Origin: Polyangiaceae bacterium | GTDB taxonomy: Bacteria > Myxococcota_A > Polyangia > Polyangiales > Polyangiaceae | DNA: 64,000 nt | Direction of reading: 5' to 3' | Assembly: GCA_044222475.1 (NCBI GenBank) | Contig: JBGANF010000005.1 | Span: forward strand, 32,001-96,000 | The notes under the pieces: model-generated | What the model was told of the DNA's origin: nothing | Seen by the model: the letters and a program-made list of their open reading frames with translations, nothing else | Database searches by the model: none | Made by a program: the position numbers and the translations under genes | Part shown: positions 52,249-64,000 of the stretch, piece after piece | Layout of the letters: each line of letters opens with the position of its first letter | How positions within the stretch are numbered: the first letter of the stretch is position 1

Positions 52249-52494
52249 TCAAAGAGCGTTGGCGACGTACGAACCCGTGAGGCGGTGCGCGATCTCGGCG
52301 GCGTTGGTCGTGAACATCTCGGTATGTGTGCACTGTGCACATACGACGAGGGTGAACGTGTGGCGCACCTGGAGGTTCTGCGATGCGACGAGACCCAGGA
52401 CGGTCGTCGGCGTCCACAGCTCGACTTGGAGCTGCGGAAGGACTTGGAACGACTTGCCGCCGCAGTGCCCGCAGGGCTTCGGATGGTAGGACAT
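52249..52494 (-). CDS. Small zinc-ribbon protein
   Basis: CGHCGG..VVCAQCTHTEMF, 81 aa. Confidence 0.65.
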   Translation of the reverse strand: MSYHPKPCGHCGGKSFQVLPQLQVELWTPTTVLGLVASQNLQVRHTFTLVVCAQCTHTEMFTTNAAEIAHRLTGSYVANAL

Positions 52495-52544
52495 GGGTCC
52501 CAGGCTAAGCGAACGGCCGACGGCCGTGGTAGCGTCTCCGTCCG

Positions 52545-53495
52545 ATGCCGGCACCGCGCCCTGCTCTCGTCGCTCTGGTGTTGCTGACGGCCGCGGCCGC
52601 CTGCGACAAGCACTCGGCGACGCCGGCGGCGACACCGTCGGCGAGCGCGTCCGCCAGCGCGGCGGTCGCGGCTCCGTTGCCTCACGGCGCGGTCGCCTGC
52701 GGCGATCTCGGCTGCCTCGAGTTCGACAAGCTCGAGGACGCCTTCGCGACCGTGCTCGACGAAGGCCCGAAGGTCGTCGCGGTCGGTGAGGCGCACGCAC
52801 CCAAGGGCGCCACCGTCCCGTCGTCGACCAAGCGTTTCACCGACGAGGTCCTGCCGGGCCTCGCGGGCAAGGCCTCCGACATCCTCGTCGAGCTCATGCA
52901 ACCTCCGACGGGGTGCCAGAAGGCCACCGCGGACGTTCGCCAGAAGCAGGAGGTCGTCACCCAGAAGCAGGCGCAGACCGACCAGAACGAGTACGTCACG
53001 CTGGGCACCAAGGCGCGCGCGCTCGGCGTCGTGCCCGATCTCCTTCGACCCACGTGCGACGACCTCGCGGCGATCGCCGACGCCGGTGAGCCGATCGCGG
53101 CCAGCCTCGGGCTCATCAAGCGACTCACCGTCGCCAAGGTGAAGCAGCTCGTCGATCGCAACGGCAAGACCGAGGCCGACGCCAAGAAGATCGTCTTCAC
53201 CTACGGAGGCGCGCTCCACAACGACCTCGCGCCGCAGCGTGAGCTCGCCGACTACGCGTTCGGAACCGAGCTGTCGGCGTACACGATGGGCAAGTATGCC
53301 GAGGTCGACTTCTTCGTCCCCGAGTTCATCGTCGACAACGACAACTGGAGGAAGCTCGAGTGGTACGACACTTACAAGAAGCTCCCCCACACGACGAAGG
53401 TCGTCATGTTCCGCCCGCGGGCGCGGGGGTACGTGATCCTCGCCTCGGCGCCCCCGCCGGGCACCCAAGGAAGCTCCGACGCCGGCAGTCCGTAG
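52545..53495 (+). CDS. Lipoprotein, unknown function
   Basis: Lipobox AAA-C; VAVGEAH, YGGALHND motifs. Confidence 0.7.
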   Translation: MPAPRPALVALVLLTAAAACDKHSATPAATPSASASASAAVAAPLPHGAVACGDLGCLEFDKLEDAFATVLDEGPKVVAVGEAHAPKGATVPSSTKRFTDEVLPGLAGKASDILVELMQPPTGCQKATADVRQKQEVVTQKQAQTDQNEYVTLGTKARALGVVPDLLRPTCDDLAAIADAGEPIAASLGLIKRLTVAKVKQLVDRNGKTEADAKKIVFTYGGALHNDLAPQRELADYAFGTELSAYTMGKYAEVDFFVPEFIVDNDNWRKLEWYDTYKKLPHTTKVVMFRPRARGYVILASAPPPGTQGSSDAGSP

Positions 53496-53502
53496 AACGG
53501 AC

Positions 53503-54171
53503 ATGCGCGCAGCCGTACTCGCCGCGTTCTTCGTGGCGCTGGCCCTGAGCGCCGGGTGCAAGAAGAAGCACGCCTCGCCGTCGGGCAGTGCGTCGCGGCC
53601 CCACTTCGAGCTTCGCGGGGTCGACGAGAGCGCCGATCCGTTCATGGGCGCGACGCTGAGCGGCACCGCCATGGTGACCACCGAGAGCCAGGGATTCGGC
53701 TCCGCGTTCACCAACCACTACGCATACGTCAGCGTGCCCAGGGGCAGCGATCCGATGGTGCAGGATCGCGAGCTGCGGGCCGCAACGGGCGCGATCTCGC
53801 CGCCTCTCGGGGACGCATTCGCCTTCGGCATCGATGCCGTCGAGTGCGTCCCCACGAAGGTGCGCACGTACGTCGTCCGGGCTCCGATCGCAACGGACGC
53901 GGACGTCGAGAGCGCAGTAGCGAACAGCGAAGGCGGTCAGTGGTCGGTGCTCGTCAGCTTCAGCCCCGCCGCGGCCGAACGGTTCGCCGACTACACCGCG
54001 ATCCACGTCAACGAGCGCCTCGCGATCATCGTCGACGACGTCGTCCAGTCCGCTCCCGTCATCCGCAGCAAGATCGGCGGCGGCCGCGCGTCGATCACGA
54101 TGGGTCAGTGCGACCCGATCGCGCAGGAGCGAGAAGCCAAGCGCCTCGCCGCCGCGCTCGGAGGCTCGTGA
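53503..54171 (+). CDS. Lipoprotein with stand-alone SecD/SecF P1 head-like domain
   Basis: Lipobox SAG-C; FADYT...V.ERLAIIVDDVVQSAPVIRSKIGGG...ITMG..EAKRLAAAL. Confidence 0.7.
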   Translation: MRAAVLAAFFVALALSAGCKKKHASPSGSASRPHFELRGVDESADPFMGATLSGTAMVTTESQGFGSAFTNHYAYVSVPRGSDPMVQDRELRAATGAISPPLGDAFAFGIDAVECVPTKVRTYVVRAPIATDADVESAVANSEGGQWSVLVSFSPAAAERFADYTAIHVNERLAIIVDDVVQSAPVIRSKIGGGRASITMGQCDPIAQEREAKRLAAALGGS

Positions 54172-54791
54172 CTCCCACGAGACGCGCCTTCCTCGGCGGG
54201 CTCGCCGCTGCCGCGGTGACCGTCGCCCGCGACGCGCTGGCGAGCGCGACGCCGACGTTCGGTCTCGTGCTCCATCGGCCGACACCCACCGACGAGTCGC
54301 ATGCATTCCTCCACGAGGTCGCGCGCGCCGTCGGGCTCGCTCGCGACATCTACCTCCCGCTCGGCTTCGACCTCGCCATCGACGCGGTCTCCGCCCTCGA
54401 CCCGGTGCACCATCGCATCGAGAGCGTCGGCATGCGCGACGCGCTGTCCCCGCTGGTGCGCCCGCGTCGCATCAACGTCTTCCTCGTCGAAGCGCTCCGC
54501 GACTCGGAGAGCAAGACGGTCTACCGCAACGGCGTCACCTGGGACTCGCGCGTCGCGCCGGTGCGCCGCTTCATCATCCTCGCGCGCGGTGCGTGGGACT
54601 CGTCGCTCGCGCACGAGCTGGGTCACTTCTTCGGCATCCCAGAGCACTCGGCGCAGAAGAACAACCTCATGAGCTACGACCGAGAAGACGACCTCGTGTT
54701 CCTCGACGAAGGGCAGAAGGCGCGCATCCGGGCCGGGGCCGCGAGACTCCTCGCGAGCAAGGCCCAGGACGACCTCTCCGCGCGACCGTGA
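54168..54791 (+). CDS. Tat-exported metzincin-like zinc metalloprotease
   Basis: TRRAFLGG signal; AHELGHFFGIPEH and Met-turn NLMSY. Confidence 0.75.
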   Translation: MTPTRRAFLGGLAAAAVTVARDALASATPTFGLVLHRPTPTDESHAFLHEVARAVGLARDIYLPLGFDLAIDAVSALDPVHHRIESVGMRDALSPLVRPRRINVFLVEALRDSESKTVYRNGVTWDSRVAPVRRFIILARGAWDSSLAHELGHFFGIPEHSAQKNNLMSYDREDDLVFLDEGQKARIRAGAARLLASKAQDDLSARP

Positions 54792-54792
54792 C

Positions 54793-55167
54793 TCAGACCT
54801 CGGGGACGCCCGGCAGCGCGGCGGCTTCTTTCGCCTCGAGCTTCTTCGTCTCTCCCTCGACCGTCGGCAGCGAGATGATGAACGCCGTCCACGACGGGAA
54901 GAGCTGCACGCCCGGGATCATCTCGAGCGCGAGCGCGAACACGATGCGCCAGCGGAAGCCGAGAAGCACGAGCATCAGGATCGCGACGAGGATGTCCATC
55001 ACGTCGGCCGGGAGCCACGACAGCGCCGGCATCTCGAAGAACATCCCGCCCTGAGCCGCGTCGGCCAGGAGGGCGATCGCGATCGCGACCTTCTTGCGGC
55101 TGGCAGGGACGGCCGCGGGGCTCACGTTCAGATGGGCGCGGGCAGCTCGGGCGATGTCGATCGACAT
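54793..55167 (-). CDS. Small membrane protein
   Basis: Hydrophobic helices, E.IPG...FPSWT motif. Confidence 0.6.
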   Translation of the reverse strand: MSIDIARAARAHLNVSPAAVPASRKKVAIAIALLADAAQGGMFFEMPALSWLPADVMDILVAILMLVLLGFRWRIVFALALEMIPGVQLFPSWTAFIISLPTVEGETKKLEAKEAAALPGVPEV

Positions 55168-55224
55168 GACGCCTTCAACATAAGGACTCTCGCGCGGCGC
55201 GCAACCGCCCCGTTTTCAGCCAAA

Positions 55225-56319
55225 TCACCGGTCGAGAATGGACTCGACCTCTGCGTAGACCCGTTTGCGCCACTCGGCGATCGCCGACTCTCCACGGTGC
55301 AGCTTGTCGGTCTCGGCGAGCACTTTTTCCAGGGGTGCGAGGGTGACGTACGGGTCGTCGGGGCTGCGCTCCTCGGTGCTCGCGGGGCCGAACCACCCGG
55401 CCATGAAGTCGCTCCGGCCGCGCTGGAGCTCCCGGATGGCGGCGTTGGCGAGGCGCGCGCCGAGCAGGCGATCGAACGCGCTCGGCGACCCGCCGCGGAC
55501 GACGTGCCCGAGCACCGTCACCCGAGTGTCGACGTTGGGGATGATCGCCGCGACCTTCGCGTCGACGCGAGCTTTGAGGTCGGCGGTAGGGATCTTCACC
55601 CCCTCGGCCTTGAGGATCAACACGTGCCGCTTGTGGGCCGCGTCCTTGTACGCCTTCACCATGACCCGGACGACGTGGTCCACGAAGTCTTCGTCGGTCT
55701 TGTTCGTCTCGCGCACGAGGACGACATCGGCGCCTGACGCGATGCCGGCGGTCATCGCGAGGTAGCCCATGTCGCGGCCCATGACCTCGACGAGGAACGT
55801 GCGGTGATGCGCGGTCGCCGTGTCGCGGATGCGGTCGCACGCCTCGACGATGGTGTTCATCGCGGTGTCGACGCCGACCGACATCGACGTGCACGCGAGG
55901 TCGTTGTCGATGCTGGCGGGGATCCCGCCGACGAGGAGGGTCTCGCCGCTCGCCGTCCGTGCGTCGCGGAGGGTCCGCGCGCCGGTGAGCGAGCCGTTGC
56001 CGCCGATCACGAGAAGCGCGTCGAGCCCGAGCGCGAGGATCGCGTCACCCGCGCGCTTGCGACCTTCCGGGGTCTGGAACACGAGGCTGCGCGCGGTGCC
56101 GAGGACCGTGCCGCCGCGCCGCGACGCCTCGTCGAGCATGCGTAGATCGAGCGCCACCGTGCGGCCGTCCATCAGGCCGGCGTAGCCATCCTCGATCCCG
56201 ACGACCGAGAGCCCGAGCTCGGCGGCCACGCGAGCGGCGCCGCGGAGCACCGAGTTCATGCCCGGCGCGTCACCGCCGGAGGTGAGAAGCGCGATCTTGG
56301 CGCCAGCCTTGAGGGCCAT
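55225..56319 (-). CDS. pfkA: 6-phosphofructokinase
   Basis: LTSGGDAPGMN, GGTVLGTAR, IGGNGS, SIDND, VEVMGR, LGHVVRGG. Confidence 0.95.
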   Translation of the reverse strand: MALKAGAKIALLTSGGDAPGMNSVLRGAARVAAELGLSVVGIEDGYAGLMDGRTVALDLRMLDEASRRGGTVLGTARSLVFQTPEGRKRAGDAILALGLDALLVIGGNGSLTGARTLRDARTASGETLLVGGIPASIDNDLACTSMSVGVDTAMNTIVEACDRIRDTATAHHRTFLVEVMGRDMGYLAMTAGIASGADVVLVRETNKTDEDFVDHVVRVMVKAYKDAAHKRHVLILKAEGVKIPTADLKARVDAKVAAIIPNVDTRVTVLGHVVRGGSPSAFDRLLGARLANAAIRELQRGRSDFMAGWFGPASTEERSPDDPYVTLAPLEKVLAETDKLHRGESAIAEWRKRVYAEVESILDR

Positions 56320-56339
56320 GGGCCGAATGTACTCGAAAC

Positions 56340-56768
56340 TCACTCGAGGTGGCAGGCCTGCGAGGCGTCGTCGGGGCAGTCGCAGCTGCGCTTCAGCGAC
56401 ACGGCGGTGACCTCGGTCTTCGATGCGCGCTCGCCGAGGACGAACTGCGCATCGACGTCGGCGCCGCCGCCGTGCAGCGTGACCCAGAAGCAGCTCGTGT
56501 CGTGCTGGCTCTGGAAGTTGCTCACCGAGAACGAGGTGCTCGCCCGCACCGCCTTCGTCACGGCGTCGGCTTCGAGCCCCGCCGCCGCAGGCGTCGCGTC
56601 GGTGCCGCCCTTGACCGAGGCGACGTAGGCCTCGATCGCCTTTCGACCGTCGGCGTGGCCCCGCGTCAACACCACCACGAGGGTGATCATCGCCCCGCCC
56701 ATGACCACGACCATGAAGCAGCCGAAGCCGAGCCCGAGTCCCTTCCCTTGTGTCTGCTCTTCCGCCAT
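56340..56768 (-). CDS. Membrane-anchored hypothetical protein
   Basis: One TM helix and a Cys-containing C-terminus; codon bias. Confidence 0.55.
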   Translation of the reverse strand: MAEEQTQGKGLGLGFGCFMVVVMGGAMITLVVVLTRGHADGRKAIEAYVASVKGGTDATPAAAGLEADAVTKAVRASTSFSVSNFQSQHDTSCFWVTLHGGGADVDAQFVLGERASKTEVTAVSLKRSCDCPDDASQACHLE

Positions 56769-56839
56769 CGAACCCCATCATCGCATCGGAGCCGTCGTTT
56801 CGGTGAGCCGAATCCCCACGGCGCAGGCCACTGAGGAGA

Positions 56840-57733
56840 GTGCCGGCATACCAAGCTCGCCTCGCGTTCCTCGAGTCGCGCGGACGCGGAAAGCGCTTCA
56901 CCGCCCGCCGCGGCGCCGTCGAGTCCATCCTCCGCGCGGCGTACGCGTTCGATTGGCCGGCGCGCGCGTGGGGTCTCGTGCCTGGCGCGTGCGACGTCCG
57001 CGTGGAGCGGCGCGTGCTGCGCGTGCTCCCGCCGCGCATGCCCTCGCTGCGGGTCGCGTTCGCGTCCGACCTGCACCTCGGGCCGACGACGCCTGACGCG
57101 ATCCTCGTCCGCGCGGAGAACCTCCTCCGAGAAGCGCGACCCGACGTGCTCCTCCTCGGCGGGGACTACGTCTTCCTCGACGCGACGCCGACGAAGGCCG
57201 CGCGCCTCGCCCAGTTCGTCCGCCGGATCGAAGCACCGCGCACGCTCGCGGTGATGGGGAACCACGACCTATGGACCGAGCACCACCTCCTCGAGAGGGC
57301 GCTGGAGGCGGCTGGCGCGGAGGTCTTGGTGAACGATGGCGTGCGCCTCGAAGGTGCTCACGATCGCGTGCTCGTCGGCGGGATCGACGACCCGTGGACG
57401 GGCTCCCCTGATGCATCGAGGGCTTTTCGACGCAAGCGCAACGGAGACGTCGCGATCGCCTTCAGCCACGCGCCGGAGGCGCTCCCGCTGGCGCAGGCGT
57501 TCGATCCCGTTCTCCTCGTCTGCGGACACACCCACGGCGGGCACGTCGCGTTGCCCGGAGGGATCCCCATCGTCGCGCCCGGACCGATGAGCCGAAAGCA
57601 CCACGCTGGTTCGTACCATCTTGGTACGACGGAGCTCGTCGTCTCGCGAGGCCTCGGCGGGATCGAGGTGGCATTCCGCCTCTTTGCCCCGCCCGACGTC
57701 GTGATTGTCGATTTGCTACCATCGGCACGGTGA
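56840..57733 (+). CDS. Metallophosphoesterase (YkuE/YaeI-like)
   Basis: SDLH, GGDYV, GNHD, SHAP, CGHTHGG, VSRGLG. Confidence 0.88.
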   Translation: MPAYQARLAFLESRGRGKRFTARRGAVESILRAAYAFDWPARAWGLVPGACDVRVERRVLRVLPPRMPSLRVAFASDLHLGPTTPDAILVRAENLLREARPDVLLLGGDYVFLDATPTKAARLAQFVRRIEAPRTLAVMGNHDLWTEHHLLERALEAAGAEVLVNDGVRLEGAHDRVLVGGIDDPWTGSPDASRAFRRKRNGDVAIAFSHAPEALPLAQAFDPVLLVCGHTHGGHVALPGGIPIVAPGPMSRKHHAGSYHLGTTELVVSRGLGGIEVAFRLFAPPDVVIVDLLPSAR

Positions 57734-58911
57734 AGGGGTCCTGGGTCGTCACGCTCTGGTCGATCTTCGGCGTCGTCTTCGCGATCGGCGGGGGCTCCGT
57801 CGTGTACCTGCTCGCGTCCGCCCGCGCAGGCGCGGGCGCCGGGGCAGGCGCGGTCGTGGCGTTCCTGGTCGTTCCGATCGGCCTGGGGATCGGACTTCGT
57901 CGGTGGCGCGTCGCGGTGCACGGGACGTTCGCCCTCGGCCTCGCCGTGCTCGTCGTGACGGCGAAGTGGCTCCCGCGTCAGACGAGGGATGCCTTTGCCG
58001 CCGCGTTCGCGGACGATCACTCACCCGATGCCGGCCCCGATGCAGCGCAAGCAGCCGAAACGCCCGATGCGACGCCGAGCCCGACCGAGCCCGAGTCGAC
58101 CGACTTCACCTTCGGCAGCGCGAGCTACACCGAGGACGACTGCCCGCCGCTCGAGGACTTGTCCGCCCTCGCCGCCGCGCACGTCCCCGGTGGCACGCGC
58201 GCGACCGCCGAAGCGCTCGCGCGAGCGCGATACCCGATTGGCCTCCCGTTCCTTCAGGCCCAGACGGACGCGATGCTCGCGGCCTGGTACACGAAGGCGC
58301 CCGACTCGCTCGAGGGTGTCGCATCCCGCTTCGACGTGGCGGTGCACGAAGGCTCGCACGTCTGGGTGAGCAAGCGCTTCGACCCCGCGACCGAGACGTA
58401 CCCGGTGCGGACCGATCTCTCGATCGTGACGAAGCGCCTCCACAACTTCGATCGCAGCGCGATCGTCCTTCGCCACGTCGACGCGGCAACGGATCCCTAC
58501 GCGAAGATCTACCTGAGCGGCGCGAGCGGCGCGCAGGGCTTCAACACCTTGCTCGACGAGTACAACGCGTACACCCACACGCTCGCGGCGCGACTCTGCA
58601 CGCGCGACCTCATGGCGTCGGGCACGAGGGTGAGCGCGCGCGATGGGATCCTGACGATGATGTACTACGTCGAGACGTACCTCGCGATCGCGCGCGAGGA
58701 GCACCCCGCCGACTACGCCGCGATCCTGGCCGACCCGGGTCACCGTCGGTTGATCCTCACGGTGTGGGATCGCGCGGAGCTCTGGCTGCGTCGGAGCGCC
58801 GAGTTCCACGCGCTCGGCATCGACGACGCGCGGATCAAGACCTGGGTCTACGATCCGACGCGTCTCGCCGAGCTGACGCGTGTCCGCGACGCCGAAGCGC
58901 GCGACCACTGA
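57730..58911 (+). CDS. Membrane-anchored protein with HExxH motif
   Basis: Three N-terminal TM helices, linker, VAVHEGSHVW and downstream LDEYNAY. Confidence 0.6.
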   Translation: MKGSWVVTLWSIFGVVFAIGGGSVVYLLASARAGAGAGAGAVVAFLVVPIGLGIGLRRWRVAVHGTFALGLAVLVVTAKWLPRQTRDAFAAAFADDHSPDAGPDAAQAAETPDATPSPTEPESTDFTFGSASYTEDDCPPLEDLSALAAAHVPGGTRATAEALARARYPIGLPFLQAQTDAMLAAWYTKAPDSLEGVASRFDVAVHEGSHVWVSKRFDPATETYPVRTDLSIVTKRLHNFDRSAIVLRHVDAATDPYAKIYLSGASGAQGFNTLLDEYNAYTHTLAARLCTRDLMASGTRVSARDGILTMMYYVETYLAIAREEHPADYAAILADPGHRRLILTVWDRAELWLRRSAEFHALGIDDARIKTWVYDPTRLAELTRVRDAEARDH

Positions 58912-58920
58912 GGCCCTCAC

Positions 58921-59448
58921 CTACGACGCTTGCGCGTACGCGAAGGCCGGCGCGGTGCCGGTCGGCAACGTGGCCGGCGTCACCATCGCGGTCTGCGCCG
59001 ACGGGTGCACTCGAACGATCCACGAGTGGGTGGCGTCGATCTTGGTCACGTCGAGGATGTGCTTGCGTCGCATCACCATCGCGGTGATCAGCCCACCGAA
59101 CAGCATGAGCATCCCGACGAAGGCCATCGCGCCGCTCTGGAACATCGCCGGCCCGAGGAACGTGAAGAGGAACCCCGGGAGCCAGCTCACGCCGACGATG
59201 AGGTTCCACTTCTTCCACTGGCCGTCGCACGACGAGCAGATGGGGAGCTCGAACTGAGCCGTCTTGGTGAACAGCTTCTGAATGAGCGGACCGAAGAACT
59301 TCGCCCACGTCGGCACCCAAGCGAACTTGTGAGCGCGCTTGCCGAGACCGTGGGTGGTGCCGCATTTCACGCACACCTGGGGAAAAGAAGCGCCGTTCGC
59401 GACGACGAGGGTTTCACCTTCGAGGCGAGCAGACTGACGAGCGTTCAT
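58921..59448 (-). CDS. Membrane protein with two CxxC motifs
   Basis: PQVCVKCG, LPICSSC, two TM helices. Confidence 0.65.
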   Translation of the reverse strand: MNARQSARLEGETLVVANGASFPQVCVKCGTTHGLGKRAHKFAWVPTWAKFFGPLIQKLFTKTAQFELPICSSCDGQWKKWNLIVGVSWLPGFLFTFLGPAMFQSGAMAFVGMLMLFGGLITAMVMRRKHILDVTKIDATHSWIVRVHPSAQTAMVTPATLPTGTAPAFAYAQAS

Positions 59449-59566
59449 GATGAGATCTCCGTGGGGGCGGAGCACGGCGCGCGACCTCCCGTTACAGGGC
59501 AGCGCGACGACACCCCATGTACGGAGCCCGCTTCGGGATCTCCCCTCCCCGTGTAGAATCCGCGCC

Positions 59567-61347
<1,781 letters not shown>

Positions 61348-61351
<4 letters not shown>

Positions 61352-62349
61352 GCGAACGAGACCCCATCGCAGCGTTCTGGGAGTGGTGGCCGACCATCCA
61401 GGGCGACATCGCTCGCGGCTTCAAGTCCGGCGGACTCACCGAGGAGATCGTCGAGGCGCTCAGCGAGCGCATCCGCGCGATCGATCCGAAGCTCGACTGG
61501 GAGTTCGGCCCCGGCCAGACGAGCGAGCATCACCTCTGCCTCTCGGGGAAAGGCAACCCGATCCTCCGCGTCGTCGCCGAGCGCTGGCGACGTCGCGCGC
61601 CGGCGCCCGACGCGACGTGGGAGTTCCACGCGTCGCGCCAGCCTCACGGCAACGGCGGGCTCGTCCTCGAGATCGCCGGGCACGAGGTCGCGCTCGACGA
61701 CACCGTGCTCCTCGTCGCCGAGGACGAGACGCGCGAGAAGCTCGACGTGCGGGTCTTCCATCCGGTGTTCTCGGCGACGGACGACAAGAACCTCAAGATC
61801 CAGATCACGTTCATCAGCCTGGACACCGCCCTCGGCGAGGACGACGTCGAGCGATGGGTCGGCGCGGTCGAGCTCGCCGACGGTCCGATCGACGGGGCCG
61901 TTCCCTTGGCCATGCTGCGCGAGCGGAGCAAAGCCTTCGCTGCCAAAGCAACCGGCGACAAGTGGATCATCCTCCGCGGCGAGAAGGACGGCTCGCCGGT
62001 GTTCGTCACGATCAACGCGGCGCTGAAGCGCATCGACCACCTCTTGCTCGACACCCACGTCGAGATCGAGCTCGCGCTCGCGAAGCCCACCCCGGAGGGG
62101 TTGACGACGAAGGAAGAAGCCGACGTCCTCAACCGCATGGAGGACGAGCTCACCGAGCTCCTCGGCGAAGAGGCCGCCCACATCGGTCGCGAGACCGGGT
62201 TCGGCAAGCGGGTGCTCCACTACCACGTGATGGATAGCGGCCCCGCCGCGGCCATCGTCGGTCGATGGCGTGCCCGCCACAGCGGCTACGCGATCGAGGT
62301 CAGGGTGAGACCGGATCCGCTCTGGGACGTCCTCGACCGCTGGCGCTAG
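61348..62349 (+). CDS. DUF695-like domain protein
   Basis: FWEWW N-terminus, LDTALGE, C-terminal L..MEDEL..GRET..DPLW. Confidence 0.65.
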
Positions 62350-64000
62350 TTCGGGCCGGAGCAGCCGCCCGGCACCGGCGGCGACACGTCGTTGTCGATG
62401 CGGCACTGCTTCGTCGGCGAAGGCACCTCGACGGTGGCGTACGCCTTCCCCGAGAGAAGCGAGGGGGGCGGGTTCGCGATCGGGAGCTCGACGGTCTGCG
62501 CCGCCGCCGGACCGAGCGCAGCGGTCGTGACCGCCTGTCCCAAAAGGGTACCACTCGGCCAAGTCCCTTCGAAGAACTTCACGATCGCACCGGGCGGGAG
62601 CAACGCTTGGCCGAGGTTTCGCACGGTCGCGATCATCTTGTAGCTCGGCGAGCACTGGATCCCGAGCGTGACGATGGCGTCCGTCGCCGAGAACTCGGCG
62701 CCGGGCTGCTTGTTCTGGCGGAAGTTGTTCAGGCCCGGCTGGTTCCAGTTCGCGAGCTCGCTCTTGGGGATGCGCCCGTCTTCGCCGACGTTGGTGATGT
62801 GGTACGTGTGCTCGTTCCAGATGCGGCGCGACCGCACCCACGACGACGTCGCGCTGCCGAAGATGCGGATGCCCGACTGCTTGCTCGCGTTGTCCGGGCA
62901 GGTGATGCCGTACGCGTTCGACGCCACGATGATGTCGGCCTGACCGTCGTTGTCGACGTCGGCCACGAGCGGGTACTCCCACAACGTGCCGGTGGTGTTG
63001 CACGTCGACGGGATGAGGTTGGTGCCGGTTTTCCCGTCGTACATCCACAGGTGGTACTCGTCGGAGTAGATGACCTCGGCCTTGCCGTCGCCGTTGAAGT
63101 CGAAGACGGACGACCCGGTGACTGCGGACGAGCAATCGTGCGTCGTCTTGAACCACAGGATCGTCTGCGGGTTCGTCAACGACTTGTTCATCAACGCCGC
63201 GCCCGAGAGCACGACGTAGCCGACGGCGCCCGCGACGCCGACGTCCGCGTAGCCGTCGCCGTCGAAGTCGGCGACCGTCGGCGGTCCGCCGCCGTACTCG
63301 CTGGCCGCGCTGCAGAACGTCGCGGTCGAGATCCCGTTGTTGATGTCGATGTCGCGCCGGACGACCTCGGCGCCGCTCGGTTTCTGCGCGTCCCAGCGAA
63401 CGACGTACGCCCGGTGCGGGCCGCTCGACGAGACGACGACGACCTCGGGCTTGCCGTCTTTGTCGAAGTCGCCGACGGCGTTGTAGCCGACGGGGATCGC
63501 GTCGACGCCGGACCGCAGGTCCCAGATCACGGCGCCGGTCGCCTTGTAGGCGCGCTGTCCGTCGACGACGTCGAGCAGACCGTCGCCGTCGACGTCGACG
63601 AGGCTCGTCAACCGCTGGCCCCACGTGGTCGCCGGATCGAGCTCCTTCTTCACCGCGCCGGTCTTGCCGTCGAGCAGCGTCAGACCGACGAGGACCTCGG
63701 GGATGCCGTCACCGTCGGTGTCTCCGATCGCCGGCGCGTTGTAGCCGCAGTGAACCTTGTTCGTGTCCGGCTGGGTCCACACGACCTGGCCCTTCGCGTC
63801 GTACGCGACGACGCCGGTGTTCTGCGCCAGCGCATCGCAGCAGCTGTTTCCGTTCGGTCCCGGGTTCATGCACGCCACGACCTCGGGCACGCCGTCGCCG
63901 GTGAGATCGCCCGAGGCGAGCCCGCCGCCGGGCTGGACGCCGTTCGGCACCGACCACTTGTCGCTGACGACGCCGTTCTTGATCGTGATCGCGTGCAGCG
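62346..64000 (-). CDS. FG-GAP/VCBS repeat protein with C-terminal CARDB-like domain (5' end outside the window)
   Basis: Repeated GDxDGDGxPE / DFDGDG motifs, SSVFDFNGDG, YPLVADVDNDG, WNEHTYHITN; frame open to the right edge. Confidence 0.88.
   Translation of the reverse strand, partial: LHAITIKNGVVSDKWSVPNGVQPGGGLASGDLTGDGVPEVVACMNPGPNGNSCCDALAQNTGVVAYDAKGQVVWTQPDTNKVHCGYNAPAIGDTDGDGIPEVLVGLTLLDGKTGAVKKELDPATTWGQRLTSLVDVDGDGLLDVVDGQRAYKATGAVIWDLRSGVDAIPVGYNAVGDFDKDGKPEVVVVSSSGPHRAYVVRWDAQKPSGAEVVRRDIDINNGISTATFCSAASEYGGGPPTVADFDGDGYADVGVAGAVGYVVLSGAALMNKSLTNPQTILWFKTTHDCSSAVTGSSVFDFNGDGKAEVIYSDEYHLWMYDGKTGTNLIPSTCNTTGTLWEYPLVADVDNDGQADIIVASNAYGITCPDNASKQSGIRIFGSATSSWVRSRRIWNEHTYHITNVGEDGRIPKSELANWNQPGLNNFRQNKQPGAEFSATDAIVTLGIQCSPSYKMIATVRNLGQALLPPGAIVKFFEGTWPSGTLLGQAVTTAALGPAAAQTVELPIANPPPSLLSGKAYATVEVPSPTKQCRIDNDVSPPVPGGCSGPN

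Noticed and set aside
59523..59543. Hairpin GGAGCCCG-CTT-CGGGATCTCC as a terminator or ncRNA
   Set aside because: Imperfect, lacks a U-tract and lies between divergent gene starts; single copy.

Overview
Very GC-rich (roughly 70% by eye), gene-dense window typical of a myxobacterium (Polyangiaceae/Labilithrix-like, inferred from the Ser/Thr kinase-TPR/PEGA-lipoprotein modules, FG-GAP protein and many lipoproteins). The flanks (1-20.6 kb and 49.6-64 kb) hold ordinary genes: esterase, sulfatase-like protein, PLD, NlpC/P60, kinases, tryptophan dioxygenase, pfkA and acyl-CoA dehydrogenase. The centre (about 20.6-49.6 kb) is a coherent low-oxygen/N-oxide island. It contains a clade II nitrous-oxide reductase cluster (nosZ-B-D-F-L-Y plus cytochrome c), three hemerythrins, two near-twin CRP/FNR (DNR-like) regulators, NnrS and an NnrS-like protein, a SPASM radical SAM enzyme and a probable copper-uptake pair. 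It also carries two operons I cannot assign to a known pathway: (i) a hydrazine-synthase-alpha-like multiheme lipoprotein, a pentaheme lipoprotein and heme A synthase, and (ii) a fatty acyl-AMP ligase, SDR, ACP, acyl-CoA dehydrogenase, B12 radical SAM enzyme and squalene-epoxidase-like flavoprotein. The main observation is a palindrome, (A)TGAC-N4-GTCA(T), found in seven promoter regions of the island. It is usually centred 41.5 bp upstream of a start site implied by a YAnnnT -10 hexamer, which ties both unexplained operons into the same regulon as nosZ. I recognised no rRNA, tRNA, CRISPR array or mobile element.
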